A stretch of DNA of 64,000 bases from a virus. Below the pieces are notes generated by a model. The model ran no database searches and was not told where the DNA came from. It was given only the letters and a program-made list of their open reading frames with translations. Below, piece after piece: positions 28,757 through 39,305 of the stretch. The stretch's first letter is position 1. Every line of letters starts with the position of its first letter. Where the stretch lies: IMG/VR virus record IMGVR_UViG_3300017748_000001, positions 32,001-96,000 of that record, one strand, 5' to 3'. Made by a program: the position numbers and the translations under genes.

Positions 28757-31753
28757 TTATAACCTTATATCTCTACTTATTCCAAGTCTATCTATGAATG
28801 GCCCAATGAATTGATCAGTAGTTGCGATTCTAAATGGCCGCAGTTTATAAAATGTCATCGTTCCGTCTCGGAGTTGTATAATCCCCTTTGTCTCAAAGTC
28901 ATCATTTACCTCATCCGGATCCTGGCCATCGTCTGCGTTGTCTAAAGGAGTCTCTGATTCACCAGAACCATCACTAATATTTCCCGCATCAGTTTCAGTT
29001 TCGTCTGCCTCATCTGTTATTTCGCTTACTTCATCTTCAGCGTCATCAGAAGAATCCCCTATGTTTGTTGGATCATCTTCGACTACATCTGTAGAATCTC
29101 CTATGATAGATGGATCCTCTTCGAAATCATCAGTAGAATCGCCGATCTGAGATGGCGTCTCTTCAACAACATCAGACGAGTCTCCAGTGTCTGTTGGTTG
29201 TTCTGTTCCAATATCAGAGGAATCTCCGGTGTCTATTGGTTGTTCTGTTCCAACATCAGCAGAATCGCCAGTATCGCTCGGATCTACTTCGCCAAGATCG
29301 GCAGAGTCTCCTGTATCTTGCGGATCTACTTCTCCAACATCAGCCGAGTCTCCAGTATCTTGAGGATCTACCTCACCAACATCAGCAGAATCCCCAGTAT
29401 CTTGAGGATCTACCTCACCAACATCAGCAGAATCCCCAGTATCTTGAGGATCTACCTCACCAACATCAGCAGAGTCTCCGGTATCGCTTGGATCTACCTC
29501 ACCGACATCTGGAGATATCGCAGTGTCTTCTGTAACTTCTATCGCATCTTCTGGAGATATAGACACATCCGGAGCATCTTCTAATACTTCATCTGCTGGA
29601 TCTGATATATCGGATGCTTCTTCCTCTGCCTCATCAGAAGATAGCCCGACATCCGATATCGGATCCACTGCGTTATCTGGTGGCGCAACAGTGTCAGAGG
29701 ATTCTTCTAAACTTTCATCAGAAGATACGCCAACATCAGTTATTGGATCAACCGCACTATCTGGCGGTGCAACAGTATCTTCTATTTCCTGTTCTGCAAC
29801 TTCTATTTCTGGAGAAACTTCTCCCAGTTCGTCTTCTGCTAGTTGAGTTGATTGTGAAGAATCTTCTGTAGTATCTTCGCCCTCAATTGTTGTGGTTGAT
29901 TCGTCATCTATAATGGTTTCATATTCTAAAACATCAGAAGTTCCTTCTTCTGAAGTGTCTTCTCCAGTGACTGCCGAATCTGTTTCGTCAGATCTTTCTT
30001 CTTCTCCAGTAACTGTAGAAGTTGATTCATCATCTACTGTGGCCTGACCCAACACTGTATCATCAGTCGCGAACAGTCTTAGAATATTATCTACAAATTC
30101 ATTCTCTTCAGTAGACACAAAATTCAATAAATCTTGTATCTCTAAAGTGCCTTCTGTAAAGTCAAGATCTCTTAATTCTGCGACCACATCATCAAATGAC
30201 GATCCTATTATAAAGCTTTCAAAGTTGTTCTCTAGTTCTGATATGAGAGTTTGATCTAGAAGTTGAACTCTATCAGTATCCTCTATTAAATTCTGAACAT
30301 TTTCTAGGAATGTTTCCACAAAACTTACAATATTAAGATTGACCAGAGTATCTAATAGAGTTGTTTCCGCAAGATCATACTGGAATTCTGATTGCTTTTC
30401 TAATTCTTCGATTAGGGTTTTCGCAAAGACATCATCAACATCTGTTATCTCTGTTCTTCTTATGGTTTCTAGATCAAATGATTCTTGTTCTTCGCCAAAT
30501 AATCTCTGAAGGGCATCAACTAATAATTCTTCTTCTGCTGTTACTAGAGTTTTAATTAATGCCTGTTCGACAAATTCCGTGACCAATTGAGTCAATACTT
30601 CTACTATTTCTGCTTCTTCGCCTAACAATCTATTAAATAAATCATCGACAGTTTGCAATCCGACAGATCGTATCGTAGATAAGGATAATGATTCTGGAGC
30701 AGTTATAGGTTGGAATGATTGTAACGATTGATCTACAATATCAATTAGTTCGTCAATTGGTTGAGGATCTTGTACATCAATGATCTCGCTCAATTCTTGA
30801 AGAACATTATCACTTATCTCTGTAGATTCTAAGAAATCCGCAAAGGCCTGTTGCGATAGATCCGGATCGTCTGAACTTTCTCCAAGTTGTTGTTGGATTG
30901 ATTGTAATAATTCTTTCGTTTCTATTAGTGTTTGTTCTCTTCCTTCCAGAGTTTCTGATACTTCTGTTGTTTCTGGGGCCTCTGTAGTTTCTGTTATCTC
31001 AGAAAACAACTCATTCAATCTAGTGGTGAATGATTCCTTTAATTGTTCAGAAGTATTCTCTACATCAGTTAATAAAGTTTCTTCGGAGTCTGAAGTGAAT
31101 TGTTGGAGTAGTGTATCGTCATTTAAAATATCTTCTACAATATTTCTAGAAGTGTCATTTATTATTTCTCGGAAACTATCGAATATTTGACCTATCGAAC
31201 TTAAATCTATTTCGCCCGAAGTATCAGTATCTACAAATCCAGCTTTCTGTAAAACTTCTAATATTAGATCTGGTTCTATTTGATTTATCGGAGAAGTCGC
31301 GGAACCTCTATTTGCAGAAATCGCGTCGGATAAACTAGAGGCAACAATAGAAGTAAGAATTTCTGATATTCTTGTATTTTCGTCGTTAGATTGACTAGAG
31401 AATTTCGCTGGTTCATTTGCGAGAGGATCATTTATCTCGACACTCCAAGAAAAAGTGTCTGCGACTTCGTAAATAAATCCAGATACTCTTTCAAGAACTT
31501 GAACTTCGTATGCGACAGGCTGATTTATTACTTGATGATTGACTTCTAATCTTAGTCTATCACCATTCTGAACTGATACTACATTTCCCCAGAAAATGTC
31601 ATCCACATACATGAACGCACTTAAGGATACGAGTACAATAATATCATCTAATCCAGAGATGACAATTTCATTTGAACCAACTGATTGTGGTTGAGCATTT
31701 AGTTGGGTTTCAACATAATCCTCAAATAAAAATATTGTTTTATAATCTGGCAT
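28757..31753 (-). CDS. Hyper-acidic protein (998 aa) with C-terminal 14-aa tandem repeats
   Basis: Very D/E-rich, with few K/R outside the termini. DTGDSADVGEVDPQ-type repeats. Confidence 0.75.
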   Translation of the reverse strand: MPDYKTIFLFEDYVETQLNAQPQSVGSNEIVISGLDDIIVLVSLSAFMYVDDIFWGNVVSVQNGDRLRLEVNHQVINQPVAYEVQVLERVSGFIYEVADTFSWSVEINDPLANEPAKFSSQSNDENTRISEILTSIVASSLSDAISANRGSATSPINQIEPDLILEVLQKAGFVDTDTSGEIDLSSIGQIFDSFREIINDTSRNIVEDILNDDTLLQQFTSDSEETLLTDVENTSEQLKESFTTRLNELFSEITETTEAPETTEVSETLEGREQTLIETKELLQSIQQQLGESSDDPDLSQQAFADFLESTEISDNVLQELSEIIDVQDPQPIDELIDIVDQSLQSFQPITAPESLSLSTIRSVGLQTVDDLFNRLLGEEAEIVEVLTQLVTEFVEQALIKTLVTAEEELLVDALQRLFGEEQESFDLETIRRTEITDVDDVFAKTLIEELEKQSEFQYDLAETTLLDTLVNLNIVSFVETFLENVQNLIEDTDRVQLLDQTLISELENNFESFIIGSSFDDVVAELRDLDFTEGTLEIQDLLNFVSTEENEFVDNILRLFATDDTVLGQATVDDESTSTVTGEEERSDETDSAVTGEDTSEEGTSDVLEYETIIDDESTTTIEGEDTTEDSSQSTQLAEDELGEVSPEIEVAEQEIEDTVAPPDSAVDPITDVGVSSDESLEESSDTVAPPDNAVDPISDVGLSSDEAEEEASDISDPADEVLEDAPDVSISPEDAIEVTEDTAISPDVGEVDPSDTGDSADVGEVDPQDTGDSADVGEVDPQDTGDSADVGEVDPQDTGDSADVGEVDPQDTGDSADLGEVDPSDTGDSADVGTEQPIDTGDSSDIGTEQPTDTGDSSDVVEETPSQIGDSTDDFEEDPSIIGDSTDVVEDDPTNIGDSSDDAEDEVSEITDEADETETDAGNISDGSGESETPLDNADDGQDPDEVNDDFETKGIIQLRDGTMTFYKLRPFRIATTDQFIGPFIDRLGISRDIRL
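29041..29510 (-). repeat. Coding tandem repeat, 42-bp (14-aa) unit, about 11 copies, degenerating towards the C-terminus
   Basis: Core CCAGTATCTTGAGGATCTACCTCACCAACATCAGCAGA is exact at 29352, 29394 and 29436 (period 42). Confidence 0.9.
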
Positions 31754-31769
31754 TAGGTTCTCTGGATAT

Positions 31770-31796
31770 AAAAAAAGGAGACATAGGCCTCCTTTT
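31770..31796 (-). terminator. Rho-independent terminator
   Basis: Minus strand GGAGGC-CTAT-GTCTCC (one G:U pair) followed by T7, after the stop of 31819..35580. Confidence 0.8.
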
Positions 31797-31803
31797 ATTT
31801 ATG
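31796..31803 (-). promoter_or_regulatory. Probable late promoter variant CATAAATA
   Basis: TATTTATG on the + strand, intergenic, abutting the terminator stem. Confidence 0.5.
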
Positions 31804-31818
31804 ACGATTTATTGAGGT

Positions 31819-34800
31819 CTAAGTCCTAACAACAAAATCCGAATAGATAGGATTGATAGGGCCACCTCTTACTAGAACAAATATTCTCATACCGTTTCCA
31901 TAACTCTGCGTAGATTGCATACCTACATAAGATCTGGATGCAGAACTTGATGAAGTATCTGTTCCGGTGTGCCAAGAATATATGTCTCTGTAGTTAAGAA
32001 CATCTCCATTTACGGAAGTATAGTCTCCAGCAGACGATGCGCTAGGCGCAACACCAACGCCGTTATCAAGACTAAATGAACCAGTGATATCACTCGCAAG
32101 ACTTACTTGTTTCCCGTCTAGATCGTATTTTGGAGACGCTACAGTACCAATACTAGTGAAACCTCCGAGCGTCGATGAACTAGCACCAGAATAACATATC
32201 AAATCCATTTCGGAGTTTGGATAGATAAACTTCTGTGTTGTCAAAGGAGAAGGGAATGTGAACACAAACGTCTTATCCTGAGTGATTGATAATTGTTCCT
32301 GTGGATTGATAATCGCTGGACTATCTATCTGAGGAATAACAGCAGAGACATGGAAGTCCCATGGCTTCAATACATCACTTTCGCGAACAACAAATCGATA
32401 TATCGCAATAGTGTCTTTGTGTAAGTTAGACCAAGCACTAGGAATATCTCTATCTTCTGGTATTTCTAACAAGTAAGTTGCAGAAGCGGAATCCGTTTCT
32501 TCTGAAGAGTTATAGTTCTCATAAGAGAATTTCAGTTGTTCTCCATTTACCAATTCGTTCTTGACGTATATTGTATCTTGTGCGACAGAATATACATATT
32601 CGTTTTGTGCGCTGAGAGTTATGTCTCGGAAAGATACATCTCCATCAGATGTGATAATGTATCCAGAAGGATATGGAGAAGAACTAATCTCTACGCCATT
32701 TACAAATACATCCAGTCTGTTCACTTCGTATAATGGTTTAATTTGTGCAGTGGGCCTTATCTGAGAAGTTCCTCCAAACGGATTGATGTACTGTCCTTGA
32801 TAACCAGCACCATTCCAGACATACAACAAGATAACCTTTGTATTTTCTGGACTGAAGTAAGAACGGACTTCTAGAACATCGCTACTGGATAATTGTCCAG
32901 TTACTGTTTCGTCGTAACTAAATCTCGGCAGAGCACTCGTTGTTGCTGCAACCGTATCTATAGAAACCGTTACATCTCCTGATTGACCTACAGAAGCAGC
33001 TTCTAGAACAATACTTCCAGCAGGAGAAAATGGAACTGATTCGCTGACCTTGACGGTTTCGGTAATAGTAAATTCTCCTAACGCACTGATACTAACACCA
33101 GTTGCAGTTCTGTTTCCGCCGTCGAAGATTATATCCGCAGCTGCCTGAGTTCCAAGAGTATAATTAGATAAAGTTACAGTAAAAGAAAACTCTTGAGATA
33201 TTTGATATTGAGAACTTGGTATCAACGCACCGTTCTTTAGTACTCTTTGTGCGACAACTGAATTTCCTGCTGCGTCATACCATCCATGTCTTCCCAATTG
33301 TAGAGAAGTCGCAAGAACCGCGCCTGGCATATTTGGGCCTTCTACTAAATCTGAAATGTACATACTGGGAACAATATTTTCTGTATCCAGAGTCTTGAAC
33401 TGCAGATACCAATAATCGTCAGTTTCTTTTACAACCTCGTAATCAAGACCTTCTGTCAGGGTTGCAACTCTATTACTTCCACCAGTGGCAACGTCTAACG
33501 CTTGAACTTGATATGGGGCAAGACCGGACTCGGATGGCCCAAGTTGTTCTTGTCGAGACAGACTCAGAGTGTTCAATTTCTTAGGAACATATCTAAGACC
33601 ATCTGGGTTTGACAACTGAATACCGGCAGTCGCTGCAGTTGCATAAGAGACGATTGCAAATTCTTGATCCGCTGCTTCTATTGCGTCTGTAGGAACATTA
33701 ACAGATGGTGTTCCAGATTGAGCATAAGGATAACCCAACATATCTCCCGCAGTACTTAATCCAGTATCTGGTGGCATAAGTCTGTTGTAGACACCCTTTG
33801 TCGTATAGTTTGATCCAAGAGGGAGTTGATAGTTACCAGCACCAAGAGCATAGTCTGCGATATTTTTCTCATGAATTGGATCGTAACTAACAGGGGGAGT
33901 TCTATAACTCGTTCCTCTGTAGTATGCGGTTCCTGCATTTGATACTGCGACTGGTTCTTTGTCCGTTATGATAGAAAACTGTATCGGAGTCTCTGGTGTT
34001 AACTGAGTTCCGTCCGTCTTGAATATAGGCCCAAGATCTGTTGTTTCGATGACCGTCTTTCCACTGGCAAAGGTTTGAGATGAATATGAAGCAAAGAACC
34101 CCATATTAAAATCAGACGCCTCTGTGGGGCGTTTAGACGGTGCATACACGCAATGAACTGGAGACTTACCATCTTCTAAGTCAATCTTACCGGAGATATT
34201 ATTAACGTGTCTCTGAACTACAAACCATGCGTAGTCATCATCTGACACTGAAGCTTGATCTTGAATAAAGAATGCGGTTCCATGATCCGAACAAGTGAGA
34301 CGATATGATATGGGATAACTTCCAGCAATATTTCCATCAGTCTTTCCCTGCCTTCTATAGAAACCAGATTTTGCTTTGTTTCCTCTCTCATCAAACTTGT
34401 AATACACATCGGAAAGTTCGCCCGGACTTCTTGTTGGGCCAGATTCGATACCATCTCTTCCGACAGTTTCTGACAATGTTCCGTCATCAAGAATCTGAAA
34501 CTTAGTTCCAATATTTACATGAATATATTCATCTCTAGAGTCATAGAAAAATCTCATTCTCCATTTCTGTGGAGTTCTATTTTCCTGAGCAACCTGAGAG
34601 GCGACTGCAGTAGTAGGAACAAATGTATTAGATGAGTCGATATCTTTCAATGAAGAAAGAATATCTGTTCCTTTTTCTGATTCTACTACAAATACTGATC
34701 CAACTCTTCGAATACAATCCATGACTGAAGTATGATCTTGTTGACCATCAAAATCTATTGGAGGATTTGTGATGTCATAATCTTGTACTCTTGGGTATAT

Positions 34801-35580
34801 TATATTATATGGCTGTGGTTCGACATCAGCACTAGGAATTACTAACATCCACTCTCCCTCGTTATAAGAGGTAGTGGAAGAATCTGATTTGACTTTAAGA
34901 ACTGTTATGTCTGCGATATTATTAGTTACCGAATCGACCAGAAAGACACCAGTTCCATACTTTTCTTTTATTCTCTTTCCTGTATCGGATGGATCAAAAT
35001 TAACTGATGCCCCAGAAGAATCTGTTAGTGTAATTGTGCCAGATTGATCAACGCTATTTACTGCAATATCAACCGCTGCGACAGATTTCTTTTGTTGATT
35101 AGATGACCATGCTTCAGAAAAATCATTTCGATATGGATGTAGCGTTAAATCTTTCGCAAGAATTTGAAGAATTCCAGAAGGATCCGCGTTCCCTGAGTTT
35201 ACTACAGGGAAATACTGAACTACTATTTTTAGACCTGACGCTGGAGCGGTTTTAAATGTTATAGTTCCATTATCACTATCGTCTGAAGTTTGCGGAGGTG
35301 TATAATAGAACTCTCCATTATTCGCAAAGGTCGAATCTCCAGTAATATTATCTAAACTATACTCTGGCCCATTAACAGAAACTTGGAACACGCGAAACTG
35401 CTGAACATCCGATAGGTTCAGATTAGGTCTTTTACCTTCCTCAGAAAATACTGGAAACGATGTTGATGTTCCATCCCCTTGTAATAGGTGAGTAAAATAA
35501 GGAGGTTGAACAGTAAGTATTTCATTTCTTTGTACTGAAAATCCGGAAGACTTAAATGGATAATTCAAAGTCGAAGACAT
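31819..35580 (-). CDS. Large structural protein (1253 aa), scaffold-family paralog 2
   Basis: SGFSVQRNEI, QKWRMRF, YPISYRLTCSDHG, DDDYAWFVVQRHV, PVHCVY, RFVVRESDVLKPWD, INPQEQLSIT, GNGMRIF. Confidence 0.75.
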   Translation of the reverse strand: MSSTLNYPFKSSGFSVQRNEILTVQPPYFTHLLQGDGTSTSFPVFSEEGKRPNLNLSDVQQFRVFQVSVNGPEYSLDNITGDSTFANNGEFYYTPPQTSDDSDNGTITFKTAPASGLKIVVQYFPVVNSGNADPSGILQILAKDLTLHPYRNDFSEAWSSNQQKKSVAAVDIAVNSVDQSGTITLTDSSGASVNFDPSDTGKRIKEKYGTGVFLVDSVTNNIADITVLKVKSDSSTTSYNEGEWMLVIPSADVEPQPYNIIYPRVQDYDITNPPIDFDGQQDHTSVMDCIRRVGSVFVVESEKGTDILSSLKDIDSSNTFVPTTAVASQVAQENRTPQKWRMRFFYDSRDEYIHVNIGTKFQILDDGTLSETVGRDGIESGPTRSPGELSDVYYKFDERGNKAKSGFYRRQGKTDGNIAGSYPISYRLTCSDHGTAFFIQDQASVSDDDYAWFVVQRHVNNISGKIDLEDGKSPVHCVYAPSKRPTEASDFNMGFFASYSSQTFASGKTVIETTDLGPIFKTDGTQLTPETPIQFSIITDKEPVAVSNAGTAYYRGTSYRTPPVSYDPIHEKNIADYALGAGNYQLPLGSNYTTKGVYNRLMPPDTGLSTAGDMLGYPYAQSGTPSVNVPTDAIEAADQEFAIVSYATAATAGIQLSNPDGLRYVPKKLNTLSLSRQEQLGPSESGLAPYQVQALDVATGGSNRVATLTEGLDYEVVKETDDYWYLQFKTLDTENIVPSMYISDLVEGPNMPGAVLATSLQLGRHGWYDAAGNSVVAQRVLKNGALIPSSQYQISQEFSFTVTLSNYTLGTQAAADIIFDGGNRTATGVSISALGEFTITETVKVSESVPFSPAGSIVLEAASVGQSGDVTVSIDTVAATTSALPRFSYDETVTGQLSSSDVLEVRSYFSPENTKVILLYVWNGAGYQGQYINPFGGTSQIRPTAQIKPLYEVNRLDVFVNGVEISSSPYPSGYIITSDGDVSFRDITLSAQNEYVYSVAQDTIYVKNELVNGEQLKFSYENYNSSEETDSASATYLLEIPEDRDIPSAWSNLHKDTIAIYRFVVRESDVLKPWDFHVSAVIPQIDSPAIINPQEQLSITQDKTFVFTFPSPLTTQKFIYPNSEMDLICYSGASSSTLGGFTSIGTVASPKYDLDGKQVSLASDITGSFSLDNGVGVAPSASSAGDYTSVNGDVLNYRDIYSWHTGTDTSSSSASRSYVGMQSTQSYGNGMRIFVLVRGGPINPIYSDFVVRT

Positions 35581-35596
35581 ACTTTCCTCTTTATAT

Positions 35597-35604
35597 TATT
35601 TATG
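35597..35604 (-). promoter_or_regulatory. Probable late promoter variant CATAAATA
   Basis: TATTTATG on the + strand in the 47-nt intergenic gap. An AGAGGAAAG RBS-like stretch lies downstream. Confidence 0.55.
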
Positions 35605-35627
35605 AGATATTACGAATGCGAAACTCC

Positions 35628-38600
35628 TTATGTTGGAGCTTCACCTTCGGTAACATCACTATAACGTACACTAGAACCAGTAACTTGTAAGAATACTCTC
35701 ATACCATTACCATTTGGTTCTGTACTCATCATACCTTCGTACTTCCTCTTATTCTTCTTCCAGATGTACTGTCGATTGTCTGGCCCGGTATGCGCCGCAA
35801 ACCTAAATGGCCCAGCACTATCGGAAATTCCAGTAGGATTGATACCTTCTAAATTAGCGCCAACAAATAGAGTTCCGTTCTTTCCATCTGAGTCAGAATA
35901 CTTGTCAATTTCAATATGACCAGCCTGTGTAGAGAAGTCAGCAGAAGAAATTGCAATCAAGTCTAATTCACTTCTAGGATAATAGAATCTTTGAGAAGTC
36001 AACTGAGTTGGGAAACTAAATACGAAATCCCTATCCTGAGTGATTGACAACTGTTCTTGTGGGTTGATAATTGAGTTAGAATCTGCTTCATGCATTGTTG
36101 CAGAAGTATGATAATCCCAAGGTTTCAGCACATCACTTTCTCTTACGACAAACCTGTTGATAGTCTTAACAGAGTTTTGGTTACGATCCGGAAGATCTCT
36201 ATCCGGCGGAACTGTCACAATGTATGTGGTCTGTGATGGAGTAGATGAGTTATAATTCACCAACTTCATAGAGAATGAAGAACCTGATCGTGGAGTATCT
36301 CTAAAGTAGAGAGTCTGGTTGAAGAAGTCATACAGATACCTGTTAGGCCCTGCAGTCAAGTTCAACTGAGATGTTCCGTAATCTGAGAAGATTGGGTCGC
36401 CTGGCAACTTACCTCTCAACCCAACAGAATCTGTGGAAGTTACTAAAAAGTCTGATGGAGTTAGTGCTTGTATATTAGTTACAAATGTTGCGTCAAACGG
36501 ATCTCCAGATCCGGTAGAACTCTTACTTTCGTTTGTTGTTCCGCCAGGGCCGCCGCTGAGTCCGGTGACAAAGGATAGAGTATCACCTGCAGCATTTTCC
36601 GGCAACTTAAAGTTGGTTCCAAATGCATCTACTCCAGCATTATCAAGACCCTCTAAGAATCTTTGTACTGTTGCGGGATCTCCATTTCGTACCCATTCGT
36701 CATATGTAAGAACATATGCGTTGGGATCTCGTAGAATTTCTACGCCGTCAAGAGCAACTACCAAACTTTCAAATACCTTTTCTCTGTTTGCGGATACTTC
36801 ATTAAAGAGAATATCTAATAGTGCATAAGACGGATCGTCCCAGTCGCCCAATGTAAGGGGATCTTGACCCGCCGTTTGATTTGTCGCGTCATCAAATGAT
36901 GATACAGAACTTATTTCAGAAACTGGAAATGTTACATTACCAGAAAGTTGAGTACCTAATTGCTGGCCAGGGTTTGTCTGCCAACTTGCTCCTGCCTGCG
37001 CCCCAACCTGTAATGGTGTGGTTGAAGATGCCACAGGATAACTTGCGCCGCTGGTAACATTACCGATATTAGTAAACCTACCTGATCGTCCTAGTGCTCC
37101 AAATCCTAAAATACTTAGTTCAGATACTTTATCTCCACCAGAATTCCAGTAAGTGGTTGCAACCGCATCACTGACATCCGCACCACCGATAAAACCAACA
37201 TCCAGTTCATCTTTATATATTGGTGTGCCTGGCGTTGCCTGGGGAATAGCGTATGTTCCTGTGAAGTCGATTGCGTTTACAAAGTCGTTAAAGAAACTCT
37301 GGTCTCTGTTTACAAAGATTGTAGGAGCTTCTGTTTCTAATTCTCTACCAAAACTATCAAATATGTTTCTTGGTTTAGAAAGATCCGCGACATCTTGTGT
37401 TGAGTAGTATGTGTTCAAGTCACTAATTTCTACTGGTCGTTTTGTTGGTGAGTATACACAGTGTACTGGAGACTTACCAGAGAATTCTGGTTGTCCTGTA
37501 GACTGGTCAACGTGACGTTGTACAACAAACCATGCATAGTCATCATCTTGGTCTACTGATGCTTGATCAAATACGAACAGTCCCATACCGTGGTCGGTTA
37601 CTGTCATTCTATATGACATCGGATATGAACGTGCTACTTCATCTTCACTCTTAGATACTCTAGTAAAGAATTGTGACTTTGCCTTTTGGATTCTGGTGAC
37701 AACGCCTCGACCAATGCTTGGTTCTTGGTAAACGTCACACAATTCGCCCGGCTCTCTGTAGATGGGATATTTCGCACCATCTCTTCCTTGACCTTGTGTA
37801 ATTGTCATGTCATCAAGGAGTTGATATTCTGTTGCGACATTGACCTTAATCTGAGAACCATCACCACTGTATTCAAAACGAATTCTCCAGTTTTGTGGTT
37901 TGGTCTTATTTGATGTTGGATCGGTAGAGATCGGAGTCAATTCGTCATCTGATAGCAAGTCAGTTCCTCTTGCGGATTCTACAAGAAATTTTGTAGTGAC
38001 TTGTTTCAGTGCAGCAAGAACATCTTCTTTGGAATTACTTACTGGTTTGGGGTGAATCAGATTAAACGCAGGGATAAACTGTTCGTCATCTTTGAATTCT
38101 AGTAGGAACAGATCTCCTGACTTGATAAAATCTAAGTCTGCAGATTGAGTTTTACCAGTGTTAAGTCCAGTCGCAACCGGATTATCTGGATCGGTATCAT
38201 CGACAAGATCAGAAAATAATATAGTTGCTCTATTTCCAGAAGACGGGTTGGTATATGTGATTTGTCCACCGTCAGGATCGAATGGCCCAAACTTTGCACC
38301 AAATGGAACTGCGAGTGAATGCTTCCAGTGAAAACCTACAATAACTTCGACGGAACTTGCGTCAGATACCCAGTTGAATTCAGAAGAAGCAACCAATAAC
38401 TTAATGGTTACAGAACGATCTGAGTTTTGTTCAACAGACCAGTATTCATCTTGGATAACTCTTCCTGCAATAGATACTCGGAATTCTCCGTCTCCTAAAT
38501 CAGCAATAGAAAATGGGAAATCACTAGTTAATGTTTTTGGAGTAATGTTGGATGGATCTGAGTCCGATATATCTACAGCCGAATATGTTACTGCGTGTTC

Positions 38601-39269
38601 TCTAATAAGTTTGTAAACCGCATTAGGAGTTCTTGCCGTTTTTCTAGCATCCTCAATCGCTTGAGCAGTGTTAGTTGCTGGGTTCTCACTAAAGTCATCA
38701 CTAAAAGACTCTGAAAGTCCAATTGGACTAGCGGAACCCATATACTTGAATATTTCTGGAGAATCATAAGGATGGATACACATATCACTTGCAAGTTGGA
38801 AAAGAAGTCCGCCTCTGGAACCAGTCCATTGAGTTTCATGTTCTTGATATGTAATCTCTAAGATTTCGTTACCTGATGGAGTATACTCTGGTGCGAATTC
38901 AATGCCTCCGAATACGCCAAGACTCTGATCGAACTTTACTGCGCCCAATCCAGAAACAGTATCTCCTTCTGCATAGGTTTCCGTAGAAGAATCCCAAATT
39001 GCTTGGTCAGTCTTACCAGAAGCAGTACCGTTCTGTGCAGAAGAGTTTCCTCCATTTGCAACAGAGCCCGGAGCAATTGTTCTATCTAGGTCATAACGAA
39101 CACCACCAACTTTGATGCTCCACTCCCAATCTTTACTTGTGAAATCAATCTTAGACCTCAAGAAAAACTGGTTCTTTGTACCTTCAGCAGAATGGGTTTC
39201 ATATTGCTGACGATGAGGTATATTAATGATTTCATTTCTTTGAATACTATATCCACTTGCAACAGGCAT
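35628..39269 (-). CDS. Large structural protein (1213 aa), scaffold-family paralog 3
   Basis: SGYSIQRNEI, QNWRIRFE, YPMSYRMTVTDHG, DDDYAWFVVQRHVD, PVHCVY, RFVVRESDVLKPWD, INPQEQLSIT, GNGMRVF. Confidence 0.75.
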   Translation of the reverse strand: MPVASGYSIQRNEIINIPHRQQYETHSAEGTKNQFFLRSKIDFTSKDWEWSIKVGGVRYDLDRTIAPGSVANGGNSSAQNGTASGKTDQAIWDSSTETYAEGDTVSGLGAVKFDQSLGVFGGIEFAPEYTPSGNEILEITYQEHETQWTGSRGGLLFQLASDMCIHPYDSPEIFKYMGSASPIGLSESFSDDFSENPATNTAQAIEDARKTARTPNAVYKLIREHAVTYSAVDISDSDPSNITPKTLTSDFPFSIADLGDGEFRVSIAGRVIQDEYWSVEQNSDRSVTIKLLVASSEFNWVSDASSVEVIVGFHWKHSLAVPFGAKFGPFDPDGGQITYTNPSSGNRATILFSDLVDDTDPDNPVATGLNTGKTQSADLDFIKSGDLFLLEFKDDEQFIPAFNLIHPKPVSNSKEDVLAALKQVTTKFLVESARGTDLLSDDELTPISTDPTSNKTKPQNWRIRFEYSGDGSQIKVNVATEYQLLDDMTITQGQGRDGAKYPIYREPGELCDVYQEPSIGRGVVTRIQKAKSQFFTRVSKSEDEVARSYPMSYRMTVTDHGMGLFVFDQASVDQDDDYAWFVVQRHVDQSTGQPEFSGKSPVHCVYSPTKRPVEISDLNTYYSTQDVADLSKPRNIFDSFGRELETEAPTIFVNRDQSFFNDFVNAIDFTGTYAIPQATPGTPIYKDELDVGFIGGADVSDAVATTYWNSGGDKVSELSILGFGALGRSGRFTNIGNVTSGASYPVASSTTPLQVGAQAGASWQTNPGQQLGTQLSGNVTFPVSEISSVSSFDDATNQTAGQDPLTLGDWDDPSYALLDILFNEVSANREKVFESLVVALDGVEILRDPNAYVLTYDEWVRNGDPATVQRFLEGLDNAGVDAFGTNFKLPENAAGDTLSFVTGLSGGPGGTTNESKSSTGSGDPFDATFVTNIQALTPSDFLVTSTDSVGLRGKLPGDPIFSDYGTSQLNLTAGPNRYLYDFFNQTLYFRDTPRSGSSFSMKLVNYNSSTPSQTTYIVTVPPDRDLPDRNQNSVKTINRFVVRESDVLKPWDYHTSATMHEADSNSIINPQEQLSITQDRDFVFSFPTQLTSQRFYYPRSELDLIAISSADFSTQAGHIEIDKYSDSDGKNGTLFVGANLEGINPTGISDSAGPFRFAAHTGPDNRQYIWKKNKRKYEGMMSTEPNGNGMRVFLQVTGSSVRYSDVTEGEAPT

Positions 39270-39305
39270 TATTTTCTCCTTTGAGACATATTTTACTTAT
39301 CTGAC

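Noticed and set aside
29041-29510. 42-bp tandem repeats as a CRISPR array
   Set aside because: The units are contiguous with no unique spacers, in frame (14 aa), and degenerate at synonymous positions. This is a coding repeat.
28757-31753. Tape-measure protein (gp29)
   Set aside because: It is strongly acidic and Pro/Asp-rich rather than an Ala/Leu/Lys amphipathic helical protein, and it is not next to gp48/gp54. It cannot be fully excluded without a profile search.
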